A stretch of 38,180 nucleotides of DNA from IMG/VR virus record IMGVR_UViG_3300034170_000034, positions 1 through 38,180 of that record. The stretch is one strand, 5' to 3'. Under the pieces are notes generated by a model. That model did not search any database and was not told the DNA's origin. It was given only the letters and a program-made list of their open reading frames with translations. Of the stretch, positions 16,698 to 24,458 are shown in pieces (positions within the stretch are counted from its first letter, which is position 1; every line of letters starts with the position of its first letter). The DNA comes from a virus. Made by a program: the position numbers and the translations under genes.

Positions 16698-17354
16698 ATG
16701 GATACCGCTGAGCGCTTGCGCGCAAAAATGATCGAACTGGGCTTGAATGAGAGCCAACTCGGCAGACGGTCCGGCGTTCCCCAGCCGACGATAAACCGGA
16801 TACTTTCCGGTGAAAGTTCAAGCCCCAGAAGACCTACGGTCGAGAAGATCGCCAGGGCGTTACGGGTTTCGCCCGACTGGCTTATGTTCGGCACTGGAGA
16901 AGATAAGTTCGACGCCAACGTAGAGCTGGCTACAGGGCCAACGCGGTACTATGAGTACCCGGAGATAAGCTGGGTACAGGCAGGGGTGGCAGCAGAGGCA
17001 ATGGATCTGTTCAATGTCGGAGATTTTGAGGCGACGCACCCGTCTGATGCATGGGCGGGGCCGAATGGCTTTTGGTTGAAAGTGAAAGGACCTTCAATGA
17101 CTTCGGTCAACGGTATGAGTTTCAGCGAAGGAATGCTGATCCTAGTAGCACCTGGAGGTGACGTTGAAAATGGCCAGTACGTTGTGGCAAAACTGATCGA
17201 TACAAATGAGGCAACATTCAAGCAATTCATTTGGGATTCGGGCAAAGCCTACCTAAAGCCACTCAACCCAGCGTTTTCAACGGTTGAGGTGAACGAGACA
17301 TGGTTGGTGGTTGGGCGTGTGGTTGATGCCAAATGGCCTAGATCGGCGCTGTAG
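16698..17354 (+). CDS. cI: CI-like repressor (XRE HTH plus S24 LexA-type autopeptidase), 218 aa
   Basis: HTH ESQLGRRSGVPQPTINRILSG. The C-terminal domain has GPSM (Ser) and VVAKL (Lys). Confidence 0.9.
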   Translation: MDTAERLRAKMIELGLNESQLGRRSGVPQPTINRILSGESSSPRRPTVEKIARALRVSPDWLMFGTGEDKFDANVELATGPTRYYEYPEISWVQAGVAAEAMDLFNVGDFEATHPSDAWAGPNGFWLKVKGPSMTSVNGMSFSEGMLILVAPGGDVENGQYVVAKLIDTNEATFKQFIWDSGKAYLKPLNPAFSTVEVNETWLVVGRVVDAKWPRSAL

Positions 17355-17380
17355 CGCTATAAATAAATGGAGTTAGCTGC

Positions 17381-17881
17381 ATGCGTTGGCGCCACATAAT
17401 TTTGGGCTTGGTGTTTTCCCCGATGCTCTGCATCGCGAATGAAGGTGATGGCCGGCTGGTAAGGAGTGGGAATGCATACTCCGGCGCCAAGTCGGTTTCC
17501 TGGTCACCCAGCAAGCCGGCGGCCGAATCTTTTGAGTTCCGCGTTAGTGCGTTCTACCCAAAAGGCCAGGAGAATCCGTACTCCTATAAGGTTGAGCTCT
17601 CAACCGAGGCCAACTACTGGCAGTACCTAAAATGCGAGGGATCGGACAGGATTACAGCGGTTTCCGAGGATGGGCAGAGCGTCGTAACCATTGAGCTGCA
17701 GTACTCAAACAGCTTTGAAGATGGGCGCAGCAGGGAAACATTCAGCGCCACGGCCCCATTGCGGAGCATCAAAGCCCTGGAGAAGTCGAGAGCGATTATG
17801 TTTTCCATATGCGGCACCAGCGGGAATATCACGCGCGATGCATCAGAAGGTGCGGCCCAGGTGCTTAAAGCCGCGCTTTAG
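17381..17881 (+). CDS. Secreted moron protein of unknown function, 166 aa
   Basis: Signal peptide MRWRHIILGLVFSPMLCIA. GGAG SD. Visibly lower GC. Lies downstream of cI and upstream of a terminator. Confidence 0.65.
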   Translation: MRWRHIILGLVFSPMLCIANEGDGRLVRSGNAYSGAKSVSWSPSKPAAESFEFRVSAFYPKGQENPYSYKVELSTEANYWQYLKCEGSDRITAVSEDGQSVVTIELQYSNSFEDGRSRETFSATAPLRSIKALEKSRAIMFSICGTSGNITRDASEGAAQVLKAAL

Positions 17882-17900
17882 CCGATATTTGTAAGCGAAC

Positions 17901-17926
17901 AAACCCGCCGCTGGTGGGTTTTTTTA
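17901..17926 (+). terminator. Rho-independent terminator ending the cI-moron unit
   Basis: AAACCCGC-cgctg-GTGGGTTT followed by TTTTT. Confidence 0.7.
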
Positions 17927-17943
17927 CGTCCTTTGAAAATATT

Positions 17944-17982
17944 ATGCAAATTCGTATTGACGGCTGTTATGAGGATTCGTAT
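17944..17982. promoter_or_regulatory. OL-like operators (17944..17957 and 17969..17982)
   Basis: ATGCAAATTCGTAT and ATGAGGATTCGTAT belong to the same family as the OR sites. They cover the -35 and -10 of the promoter below. Confidence 0.6.
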
Positions 17983-17985
17983 AGT
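17957..17985 (+). promoter_or_regulatory. PL-like early promoter for the plus-strand operon
   Basis: TTGACG, a 17-nt spacer, then TATAGT. Confidence 0.7.
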
Positions 17986-18201
17986 TCATCCATCGCAGCG
18001 ACAAACAGCCACTGCGAAGGCAGCGATGAACCGGCCTCAACGGTTCAGAGGGTTGGCAACTGACCCGGGTGTGCAGCGTAAAGCACCAGAAGCAGTTATC
18101 CGGCGGACAGGGTTCGCGGTCGGAGTTAAGGAAATACCCACAGATTTCCTCGATGCGCTTTGAAACAGGCGCATCCGGAAAATCAACCGTGGAGATACAC
18201 C

Positions 18202-18294
18202 ATGCCAAGACTTACCTGGGCCTCCTGGCTCTTTGTGATCGTGCTTGTAGGCGTGTTCCTAGCCTGCTGCTGGGGCATTGCACAGAGCGCTTGA
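18202..18294 (+). CDS. 30-aa hydrophobic peptide (below the ORF-track cutoff)
   Basis: GGAG SD with a 7-nt spacer. Translates as MPRLTWASWLFVIVLVGVFLACCWGIAQSA. Confidence 0.5.
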   Translation: MPRLTWASWLFVIVLVGVFLACCWGIAQSA

Positions 18295-18351
18295 ACGAAC
18301 AACCAGCGCCACGACAGCCTGTCGTTAACTGCCCGATCCTCTCTATGAGAG

Positions 18352-18489
18352 CGCATCGGGGTGTGATTTGGAGTTTGCCTCGGCGGATCAGGGGCGCCCT
18401 GCGTGCGGGGTGGTGTCGACTAGGTAGCGCTGCCGAAATCGACGTAATTCTTTTGGGTTCGAATCCCTACCAAATCACACCCCGATGCG
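18352..18489 (+). ncRNA. Structured element A: 20-bp perfect closing stem around about 98 nt with three internal hairpins, one T-arm-like
   Basis: cgcatcggggtgtgatttgg (18352-18371) pairs with ccaaatcacaccccgatgcg (18470-18489). Internal hairpins are CAGGG-gcg-CCCTG, GTCGA...TCGAC, and GGG-TTCGAAT-CCC (18455-18467). The strand is assumed from operon direction. Confidence 0.5.
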
Positions 18490-18676
18490 GATGACCACTA
18501 CACACCGCGCAAAGCGGCCTCCTGCATCACACCTCTGACGAACCACCCCGGCCTGACGCCAGTAGCGTGACCGGGTACAGATGGCTCCCTGCTGATTCAG
18601 GTAGCCATCTGGCTTCACAAATGCCTCTAGACCCCCTGGAGGTATTTGGAAGCCCTATCCCATCCGGAGTAACACC

Positions 18677-18874
18677 ATGAACGCCAAGAAATGCAAAACC
18701 ATCCGCCAGCTGCTGAAATCAGAAGGCGTTGATGTGAAAGAAACCGCCTACGTCGGTACTTCGGCCCGCGATAAGTTCGGCCGCGATCGGATCAGAAATC
18801 TCGATGTTGCGCCATGCCAGCTCAAGTCTTGCGGCCGCCTCGCATACAAGCAGGCCAAACGCGCTGCGCCCTAA
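18677..18874 (+). CDS. Basic hypothetical protein, 65 aa
   Basis: GGAG SD with a 7-nt spacer. Lies between the two structured elements. Confidence 0.6.
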   Translation: MNAKKCKTIRQLLKSEGVDVKETAYVGTSARDKFGRDRIRNLDVAPCQLKSCGRLAYKQAKRAAP

Positions 18875-18946
18875 CCCTCTCCTTGCACGTCAGCCAGACG
18901 AAAATTGGCCCGATCCTTTCCTTGGGGAGACTCGTATAGGGAGAGG

Positions 18947-19067
18947 CTGTATCGGAGTGTGATCTGAGGCTAAGCCTCGAGCAGCGGATGTGCCAACCGG
19001 TCGCCTATAGGGCCACCCCTTCCGCCCAATGCCGGTTGAGCCCCGGACAGATCACACCCCGATGCAG
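18947..19067 (+). ncRNA. Structured element B, paralogue of A
   Basis: ctgtatcggagtgtgatctg (18947-18966) pairs with cagatcacaccccgatgcag (19048-19067), 18/20. It shares with A the arm sequences, the internal GCCTCG..GCGGAT, and an upstream GCCCGATCCT box (18908-18917 versus 18331-18340). Confidence 0.5.
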
Positions 19068-19086
19068 AAGTTGACCGCCACCATAT

Positions 19087-19140
19087 AAAGGCTCTATTCC
19101 GGGCCTTTTAAGCAAAATTACCCCGATTAAGGGGTATTTG
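19087..19140 (+). terminator. Two weak hairpin-plus-T candidates after element B
   Basis: AAAGGC-N10-GCCTTT followed by TA, and TACCCC-gattaa-GGGGTA followed by TTTG. Confidence 0.3.
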
Positions 19141-19250
19141 ACCGCCAACCTCCCCGCCTCTACCCGTCAGCACTCACCCCGCGCCCATCGGCAACCAGCG
19201 GGAGGCATGAGTGTTGACGAATACAGGTGAACCAACAATCGGAGTTGACC

Positions 19251-19709
19251 ATGAAACAGCAAACGAACCGTATCCGTATGGCGGACCAAATCTTCGACGC
19301 AAGCCTGCTCAGCGGCAATTTTCTCGGCGGCTTCAATTCCCGAGTGCACGGTGTTGAGCGCAACGCCACGGCTGATGGCTCGGCGCGCTTTGAGCGTGGT
19401 CAGGGCTGTGACAAAGCCGACGACATGATCCGAGCGGGCCAGATCTACTTCATCCACCCCTTCCCGCATGGCCAGTGCAAGCAGACCGGCTTCGTCTACG
19501 GCGGCACCTGGGCCTGCAACACCTGCCGCACTGACGGATTCCAGAAGCCTTGGTGGGCCATCCGCGTGATGAAGGATGGCAGTGCGTGGTGCGTGGTAGG
19601 CGAAGGGTTTGAAGATCTGCAGTCGTCGGCCAACTATGCATTCGGCGATACACGCGAAGAAGCACTCAACGCCTACGCCGAACTCATGAATCAGGCGGTA
19701 GCTGCCTAA
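19251..19709 (+). CDS. Hypothetical protein, 152 aa
   Basis: GGAG SD 6 nt upstream of the ATG at 19251. Strong GC3 bias. The antisense 195-aa ORF is rejected. Confidence 0.6.
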   Translation: MKQQTNRIRMADQIFDASLLSGNFLGGFNSRVHGVERNATADGSARFERGQGCDKADDMIRAGQIYFIHPFPHGQCKQTGFVYGGTWACNTCRTDGFQKPWWAIRVMKDGSAWCVVGEGFEDLQSSANYAFGDTREEALNAYAELMNQAVAA

Positions 19710-19730
19710 CCCCAAACACTGGAGGTCGCC

Positions 19731-20009
19731 ATGCATAACTGTACTGAAACTCAAGCGGTGTGCCGAGGATGCGGCCTCAAGTTGCGCGGCTCGCCTTCAT
19801 GGAAAGCCGGACTTGCCTACCACCCAGAACCTGGCGGAATCGTCCATCGCTGCCACTACGGCGGCTGGGTCTGCTCCAGGCGTTGCGATGTTCGTGCCTG
19901 TGTTGAGCTGGAAGGAACCATGCCTGGTTGCGGTTCGGTGAACAGCTATCAGCGGTTGTCGCCTTACGCAAAAGAGAGCATTGAGCGCCACTGGCCGGAG
20001 GCAGCATGA
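19731..20009 (+). CDS. Cys-rich (zinc-binding?) hypothetical protein, 92 aa
   Basis: GGAGG SD, plus CRGCG and several further Cys/His. Confidence 0.55.
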   Translation: MHNCTETQAVCRGCGLKLRGSPSWKAGLAYHPEPGGIVHRCHYGGWVCSRRCDVRACVELEGTMPGCGSVNSYQRLSPYAKESIERHWPEAA

Positions 20010-20248
20010 GCGATTGGATCAAGGTAAGCGACAAACTTCCTGAGCTGGACACGCCTGTTTGGCTGCGCATGCCCGAGAACATCATGATCGTCGGCGAGCG
20101 CGGCTCCAGCACAGACGGATGGATGTGGGCGGCTTGCTACGGGTTCTATTTCAATGCCATCGGCGAGTGGGACGCAAACGAAAGCGATGCCAGTGATGAA
20201 TACGAGCCAACCCACTGGCAACCACTCCCCGCCCCACCAACCGAATAA
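20006..20248 (+). CDS. DUF551-like protein, 80 aa
   Basis: MSDWIKVSDKLPE...PTHWQPLPAPP pattern. ATGA coupling. Confidence 0.6.
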   Translation: MSDWIKVSDKLPELDTPVWLRMPENIMIVGERGSSTDGWMWAACYGFYFNAIGEWDANESDASDEYEPTHWQPLPAPPTE

Positions 20249-20267
20249 CGCCACCCTGGAGGCGACC

Positions 20268-20558
20268 ATGGAATACGAAATAGTTGTTGAGGGGTTTGTC
20301 CTCCAGGTGGAGGTGACCGTACTCGCAGATGATCCGCCGCGCCCGAACAGCTGGGATAGCGACTGGGACGCCCAGGGCGACCGGGAGCTGGAATTCAAGC
20401 TGTTGTCCGCCAAGTGCTACGACGATGACGGCGTTCCGATGGACGTACCGAGCTGGCAACTGCCGGTCCTGGCCCATCAGTACTACACGCCAATCAATAT
20501 CGCGCTGTGGGTAGAGATAGACGCCCTCAAGCGCCGGGAACGGAGGTGCGCAGCATGA
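20268..20558 (+). CDS. Hypothetical protein, 96 aa
   Basis: GGAGG SD before the ATG at 20268. Confidence 0.55.
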   Translation: MEYEIVVEGFVLQVEVTVLADDPPRPNSWDSDWDAQGDRELEFKLLSAKCYDDDGVPMDVPSWQLPVLAHQYYTPINIALWVEIDALKRRERRCAA

Positions 20559-20785
20559 GCACTGTCGAGCATCAGGTTGCCCAGCACGATTTAGCTGTCG
20601 GCATGCTTGAAGGGTACATCGCCCGGGTGATTGATCCGGATTGCAGCCCCGTCGCGGTCAAGGCATCAGCCAGCACCGCCCTACTGATCTTCCGCACCCT
20701 TGGCGTTATCGACGCCGCCGAGGACATCCACTACACCGAGCGCCTGCACCGTATCTACGAGCGCCGGCAAGGACGGGAAGCATGA
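20555..20785 (+). CDS. Hypothetical protein, 76 aa
   Basis: GGAGG SD and ATGA overlap. Confidence 0.5.
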   Translation: MSTVEHQVAQHDLAVGMLEGYIARVIDPDCSPVAVKASASTALLIFRTLGVIDAAEDIHYTERLHRIYERRQGREA

Positions 20786-20919
20786 CCATCATCGCCGGAT
20801 CATTCAAAGGTATCGCCGAAGCCCTGAGAAATCAGGGTTTCTTGTTTCTGGTAGACGTGAAATGGATCGAGCAGCCTTGCAAGTGTGCGGGCCGCTGGAC
20901 TTGCAAGGTGAGCGTATGA
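20782..20919 (+). CDS. Hypothetical protein, 45 aa
   Basis: ATGA overlaps at both ends. Confidence 0.4.
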   Translation: MTIIAGSFKGIAEALRNQGFLFLVDVKWIEQPCKCAGRWTCKVSV

Positions 20920-21155
20920 ATGACGTATTCCGCAGGTTCGTTGATGGTGATTGGCCTGAAGAGATCATTCACCTGAAAGGGAAAACGCTGATCCGCAAAA
21001 AGGATGGCACTCAATACCGCATAGCCCGCCATTCCGGCGAGTCGTTCGGCGGCAAGCCATGCGCATACCTTGAGCCTGTCGGCTGTTCATGGGGGTCGCG
21101 CAGTCACTGGAAGACCTACATCAAGATCCTTTCAGAAATGCGGGTGGCTCCATGA
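20916..21155 (+). CDS. Hypothetical protein, 79 aa
   Basis: ATGA overlap and GC3 bias. Confidence 0.5.
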   Translation: MNDVFRRFVDGDWPEEIIHLKGKTLIRKKDGTQYRIARHSGESFGGKPCAYLEPVGCSWGSRSHWKTYIKILSEMRVAP

Positions 21156-21268
21156 CCTCCTACCAAAGAGCCAAGCGCTACTGCTTCTGGCGCGGGTCTG
21201 CCATAGCACTCGCATTCTTTACTTTCGTGATGTTGCTCGGCGCGCTCGCTGATCGAATCACTCAATAG
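21152..21268 (+). CDS. Small single-TM protein, 38 aa (below the ORF-track cutoff)
   Basis: ATGA overlap. Translates as MTSYQRAKRYCFWRGSAIALAFFTFVMLLGALADRITQ. Confidence 0.4.
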   Translation: MTSYQRAKRYCFWRGSAIALAFFTFVMLLGALADRITQ

Positions 21269-21277
21269 GTGACAACA

Positions 21278-21613
21278 ATGAATAAGCACACACCCGGTCC
21301 GTGGGTAGTAATCAATTCAACAGGCGTTTTTTCTGCTCTTGGTTCTGATAGCGGCGATGGAACAAAAGCCGACCCAACCGATGGCTGGAACATCTGCGAT
21401 TGCTCAGTTGGAGTAACCGCAGTCGACGGTGATTATGTGGAGCTTGGCTTTGCAGTTCAAAAGGCCAACGCCAAGCTGATCGCTATGTCTCCCCAGCTTC
21501 TTTTGGCCCTGATAGATGCCGCAACAATATTTCGCGGCCTGGTTGATGCCGTCCCGTCTCTGCGTGAACGCGTCGAGGCATACGACAACCTGATAAACAA
21601 AGCCACTCAATAA
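21278..21613 (+). CDS. Hypothetical protein, 111 aa, lower GC
   Basis: AGGTGA SD 5 nt upstream of the ATG at 21278. Carries an HTPGPW motif. Confidence 0.55.
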   Translation: MNKHTPGPWVVINSTGVFSALGSDSGDGTKADPTDGWNICDCSVGVTAVDGDYVELGFAVQKANAKLIAMSPQLLLALIDAATIFRGLVDAVPSLRERVEAYDNLINKATQ

Positions 21614-21656
21614 CCCCCTTCACAGCGCCCCTCTCCGGTGGCGCGGAGAGATAGTC

Positions 21657-22391
21657 ATGTCCAATACCCGGATTTGGGATCAGGTCGATGTAACCGATCC
21701 AAGTGCAACCAAGAACTTCACCGGCATGGGCGGCTTCAAAGGCACCGCCATCAAGCCTACCTACCTGATGCACAAGGCAACCGAAGTGTTCGGCCCTTGC
21801 GGCGAGGGCTGGGGCTGGGTTGTGCTGGAAGATCGCTTCGACGAGGGCGGCCCACTCCAGGCTCCCACCAAGGAATGGCCGGAAGCACCGCGCATCAACG
21901 CCAAGCTGCACACGCTGAAAATTGAACTTTGGTATTTGGGTAAGGATGGGCAGAAATGCACGATCCAGCACTACGGCCACACGCCGTTCGTGTACTTCCA
22001 GCAGGGAAAAATCATGACCGACTGGGAGGCGGCCAAGAAATCACTCACCGACGCCATTGGTAAGTGCCTGCAACCCCTCGGCTTCGCGGCTGACATCCAC
22101 ATGGGCCTGTTCGACGACACCGCATATGTCGACGCGGTGCGCGACGAGGTCGCCATTACCAAGGCTGAAGACCGGGTTGCCGAAGAAGATCGGCAGAAGC
22201 AAGAGCGGCTGGACTACATCAAATCCGTGGTCGAGAACATGCGCGGCGCCCAGTCGGCTCACGAGGTCAAGAAGATCCATGACCACGCGGTACGCATCCT
22301 GGGAGCGCGTAAGGACACCAGCGCGGTTCAGCGCATCAACAAAGAGCTGACCGACCTTTCACCTAAATTTGATCAGGAGTCAGCAGCATGA
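21657..22391 (+). CDS. Putative single-strand annealing protein (Rad52-like), 244 aa
   Basis: GGFKGTAIKPTYLMHKATEVFGPCGEGWGW resembles the conserved core of Rad52/Sak-type phage recombinases as I recall it. It is adjacent to a Gp157-like gene. Confidence 0.5.
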   Translation: MSNTRIWDQVDVTDPSATKNFTGMGGFKGTAIKPTYLMHKATEVFGPCGEGWGWVVLEDRFDEGGPLQAPTKEWPEAPRINAKLHTLKIELWYLGKDGQKCTIQHYGHTPFVYFQQGKIMTDWEAAKKSLTDAIGKCLQPLGFAADIHMGLFDDTAYVDAVRDEVAITKAEDRVAEEDRQKQERLDYIKSVVENMRGAQSAHEVKKIHDHAVRILGARKDTSAVQRINKELTDLSPKFDQESAA

Positions 22392-22885
22392 CCGCGCTCT
22401 ACACCATCACCGAGCAATTCAAGGAACTGGCCGCGCTGGCCGAGACCGCCGACGAAGACCTGGCCGTCGCTCTGCGCGACACCATGGAAGGCATCGAAGG
22501 CGAGTTTCAGGAGAAGGGCAAGGCCATCGCCATGATCACCCTGAACATCGACGGCGACCTTGAGGCGATCCAGTCACAGATCGACCGACTCACCGAGCGC
22601 AAGCGGATCATCACGAACCGCAAGGAAAGCCTCAAGGAATACCTGCGCACGAACATGGATGCGGCCGGTATCACCAAGATCACCCACCCGCTGTTCACCA
22701 TCGCCTGCGGCAAGGGTAAGCCCATCGTGGTCATCGACGATGAAAAGGCCATCCCTGACGATTTCGTCAACGTCAAAGTAACCAGCGCACCGGACAAGGC
22801 TGCCATCGCCAAGGCTTTGAAGGATGGCCAGGAAGTCCCCGGCGCCCACTCTGAGATCGGCAAAAGCTCGATCAGCATCAAGTGA
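22388..22885 (+). CDS. Siphovirus Gp157-family protein, 165 aa
   Basis: Layout typical of the family: an acidic helical N-terminus, DTMEGIEGEF, a coiled coil, and KEYL...GITKI. Confidence 0.6.
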   Translation: MTALYTITEQFKELAALAETADEDLAVALRDTMEGIEGEFQEKGKAIAMITLNIDGDLEAIQSQIDRLTERKRIITNRKESLKEYLRTNMDAAGITKITHPLFTIACGKGKPIVVIDDEKAIPDDFVNVKVTSAPDKAAIAKALKDGQEVPGAHSEIGKSSISIK

Positions 22886-22892
22886 GGTCAGC

Positions 22893-23528
22893 ATGATCAG
22901 CAACCACCTTGGCATGGTCGAGGCTCTTCGGCCAGCATCGAACGAACTGGCTCACAACATTGAGGCCTTCTTGAGTAAAGGAGGGACTATCCAGGTACTG
23001 GAAGTGGTTGTTAAGCCTCCGCCTGCCAGGCATCACCCAGAACCGAAGCCAAGAAAGGAAAAGGCCCGAGTGTGCATCGCGGAGCCAGTCAAGTTCCTGG
23101 ACAAAATGGCGCTCCGGGACATCGAGCGCGATGAAAGGAAGGTCATGCGCGAGAAAGCCAAAGCGGATGAACTGGAGTACATCAGGGGGCTGGCCGAGAC
23201 CATGACCTATACCCAGGCCATCCTGAGAACCGGCATGCACATACGGTCATTGCAGCGGCTTGCACAGCTTGGTGGATTCAAATTCCAGCCGGCAGATACG
23301 CGAGGCAAAAAGGATCTTCGGTTTGTCGATGAAGAGCGCGACGCCAGAAACGCCACGCTGATCCGTGAACTTTTGGCGCGAGGCTTCAGCAGGAACCAGG
23401 CGCGCGAAAGCATCCAGACCAACCGGAAAAACTTCGAACGATTACTGGACAAGTTCGATATCGACTATCCAGAGGCAACCAAAGGCCCAGCGCCTGCATT
23501 CTTCGCGAAATCAGCCAAGCAGGCCTGA
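22893..23528 (+). CDS. Hypothetical protein, 211 aa
   Basis: Trimmed to the ATG at 22893, with a GAGG SD. Confidence 0.55.
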   Translation: MISNHLGMVEALRPASNELAHNIEAFLSKGGTIQVLEVVVKPPPARHHPEPKPRKEKARVCIAEPVKFLDKMALRDIERDERKVMREKAKADELEYIRGLAETMTYTQAILRTGMHIRSLQRLAQLGGFKFQPADTRGKKDLRFVDEERDARNATLIRELLARGFSRNQARESIQTNRKNFERLLDKFDIDYPEATKGPAPAFFAKSAKQA

Positions 23529-23530
23529 TC

Positions 23531-23842
23531 ATGGCAGCCCAACCGAAAGAACGATCGGCAAAGACTGCGGCGAGGAGAAAGACTCGCGGCGAGGAAGAAT
23601 TGCGACTCCACACCATGGCCGGCACCCGCCAGGCCTTGGCTGACCTGATGGCCTGGCACGGCATCGAGGAACAGGGCGAGGCCATGACGCTGATGATTCA
23701 CCACCTGCACGGCCTTGGCCCGGCGGGATCGGCTCAGTTTCTCGCACCGCCGCGACACGAATACGTGATCCCTGAAAACGTGTCGGCAAAACTTCAACTC
23801 GCCTACGCCCGAGAATCGCTGCGCATCTGCCACGACGAATAA
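23531..23842 (+). CDS. Hypothetical protein, 103 aa
   Basis: Starts 2 nt after the previous stop; GC3 bias. Confidence 0.55.
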   Translation: MAAQPKERSAKTAARRKTRGEEELRLHTMAGTRQALADLMAWHGIEEQGEAMTLMIHHLHGLGPAGSAQFLAPPRHEYVIPENVSAKLQLAYARESLRICHDE

Positions 23843-23900
23843 CCCACCCTACTCGCTGCATCCGGTAACGCGGAGGGCGGCGCCTGACTGGAAATCAACT

Positions 23901-24101
23901 ATGAGCCTTATCCGAATACGGCGGATCGACCTGTCTCGCACCAGAATCCGCAAGCGGCGCCTGAGCGCAATCAAGACCAGCTACAGGCTTGAGGGCGGGC
24001 CAATCACGCGAGCATGGCTGTGCACTCCGGGAACTCTGGTGTTCCGCCTGGGCGACTGGTGCGGCTTCTACAACGAAAAAAACGAATGGGTGGCCATATG
24101 A
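23901..24101 (+). CDS. Hypothetical basic protein, 66 aa
   Basis: ORF coupled to the next gene by ATGA. Confidence 0.45.
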   Translation: MSLIRIRRIDLSRTRIRKRRLSAIKTSYRLEGGPITRAWLCTPGTLVFRLGDWCGFYNEKNEWVAI

Positions 24102-24289
24102 CCCCGCATGAATTCATCGAGAAGAACGTGCACGACGAACTCCGAAAGCTGAAGTATTCCGAGTCAATCGCCTTCAGCGTGGCCCGAGACTCAGTCGACT
24201 ACTACAAGCAGCGCAGCATCTTCAGCAAGAGCGTCGTTCTTGATGTGCTGGCCTGGTCGAAGAAGCGCGCCAAAGAACTATCGCGCTAG
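24098..24289 (+). CDS. Hypothetical protein, 63 aa
   Basis: ATGA overlap. Confidence 0.5.
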   Translation: MTPHEFIEKNVHDELRKLKYSESIAFSVARDSVDYYKQRSIFSKSVVLDVLAWSKKRAKELSR

Positions 24290-24308
24290 CCAGCGCCTGG
24301 AGACCCCC

Positions 24309-24434
24309 ATGATCCGCCAATACCGATTCAGCGAGCTAATGGCTCGACTGACCAATGAAGAGTGGACGGTCATTCAAGATGACCGAGGCAATTTTGTGTT
24401 TATGCCGGTTGCCTACAGAGGGCGTCGGTTGTGA
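24309..24434 (+). CDS. Hypothetical protein, 41 aa
   Basis: GGAG SD before the ATG at 24309. Confidence 0.4.
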   Translation: MIRQYRFSELMARLTNEEWTVIQDDRGNFVFMPVAYRGRRL

Positions 24435-24458
24435 TTTCTGATTATTTGGAGGTGGGTC

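Noticed and set aside
17933-18163. 76-aa ORF spanning the early-left promoter
   Set aside because: Its start lies upstream of the predicted -35/-10 pair, so it would not be on the transcript. Only the internal 45-aa version (18026..18163) is considered, and that at low confidence.
18352-18489. Element A as a MITE or IS remnant
   Set aside because: It has no target-site duplication, and the interiors of A and B differ while their arms are conserved. That pattern fits a structured RNA or a recombination site better than two insertions of one transposon.
18352-19067. Elements A and B as CRISPR-repeat mimics (RNA anti-CRISPR) or as a CRISPR array
   Set aside because: There are only short partial resemblances to the Pseudomonas type I-C and I-F repeats as I remember them (GCGCCC..GTGCGGGG and GCC-TATAGG). 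There is no repeat-spacer periodicity. This cannot be evaluated without alignment tools.
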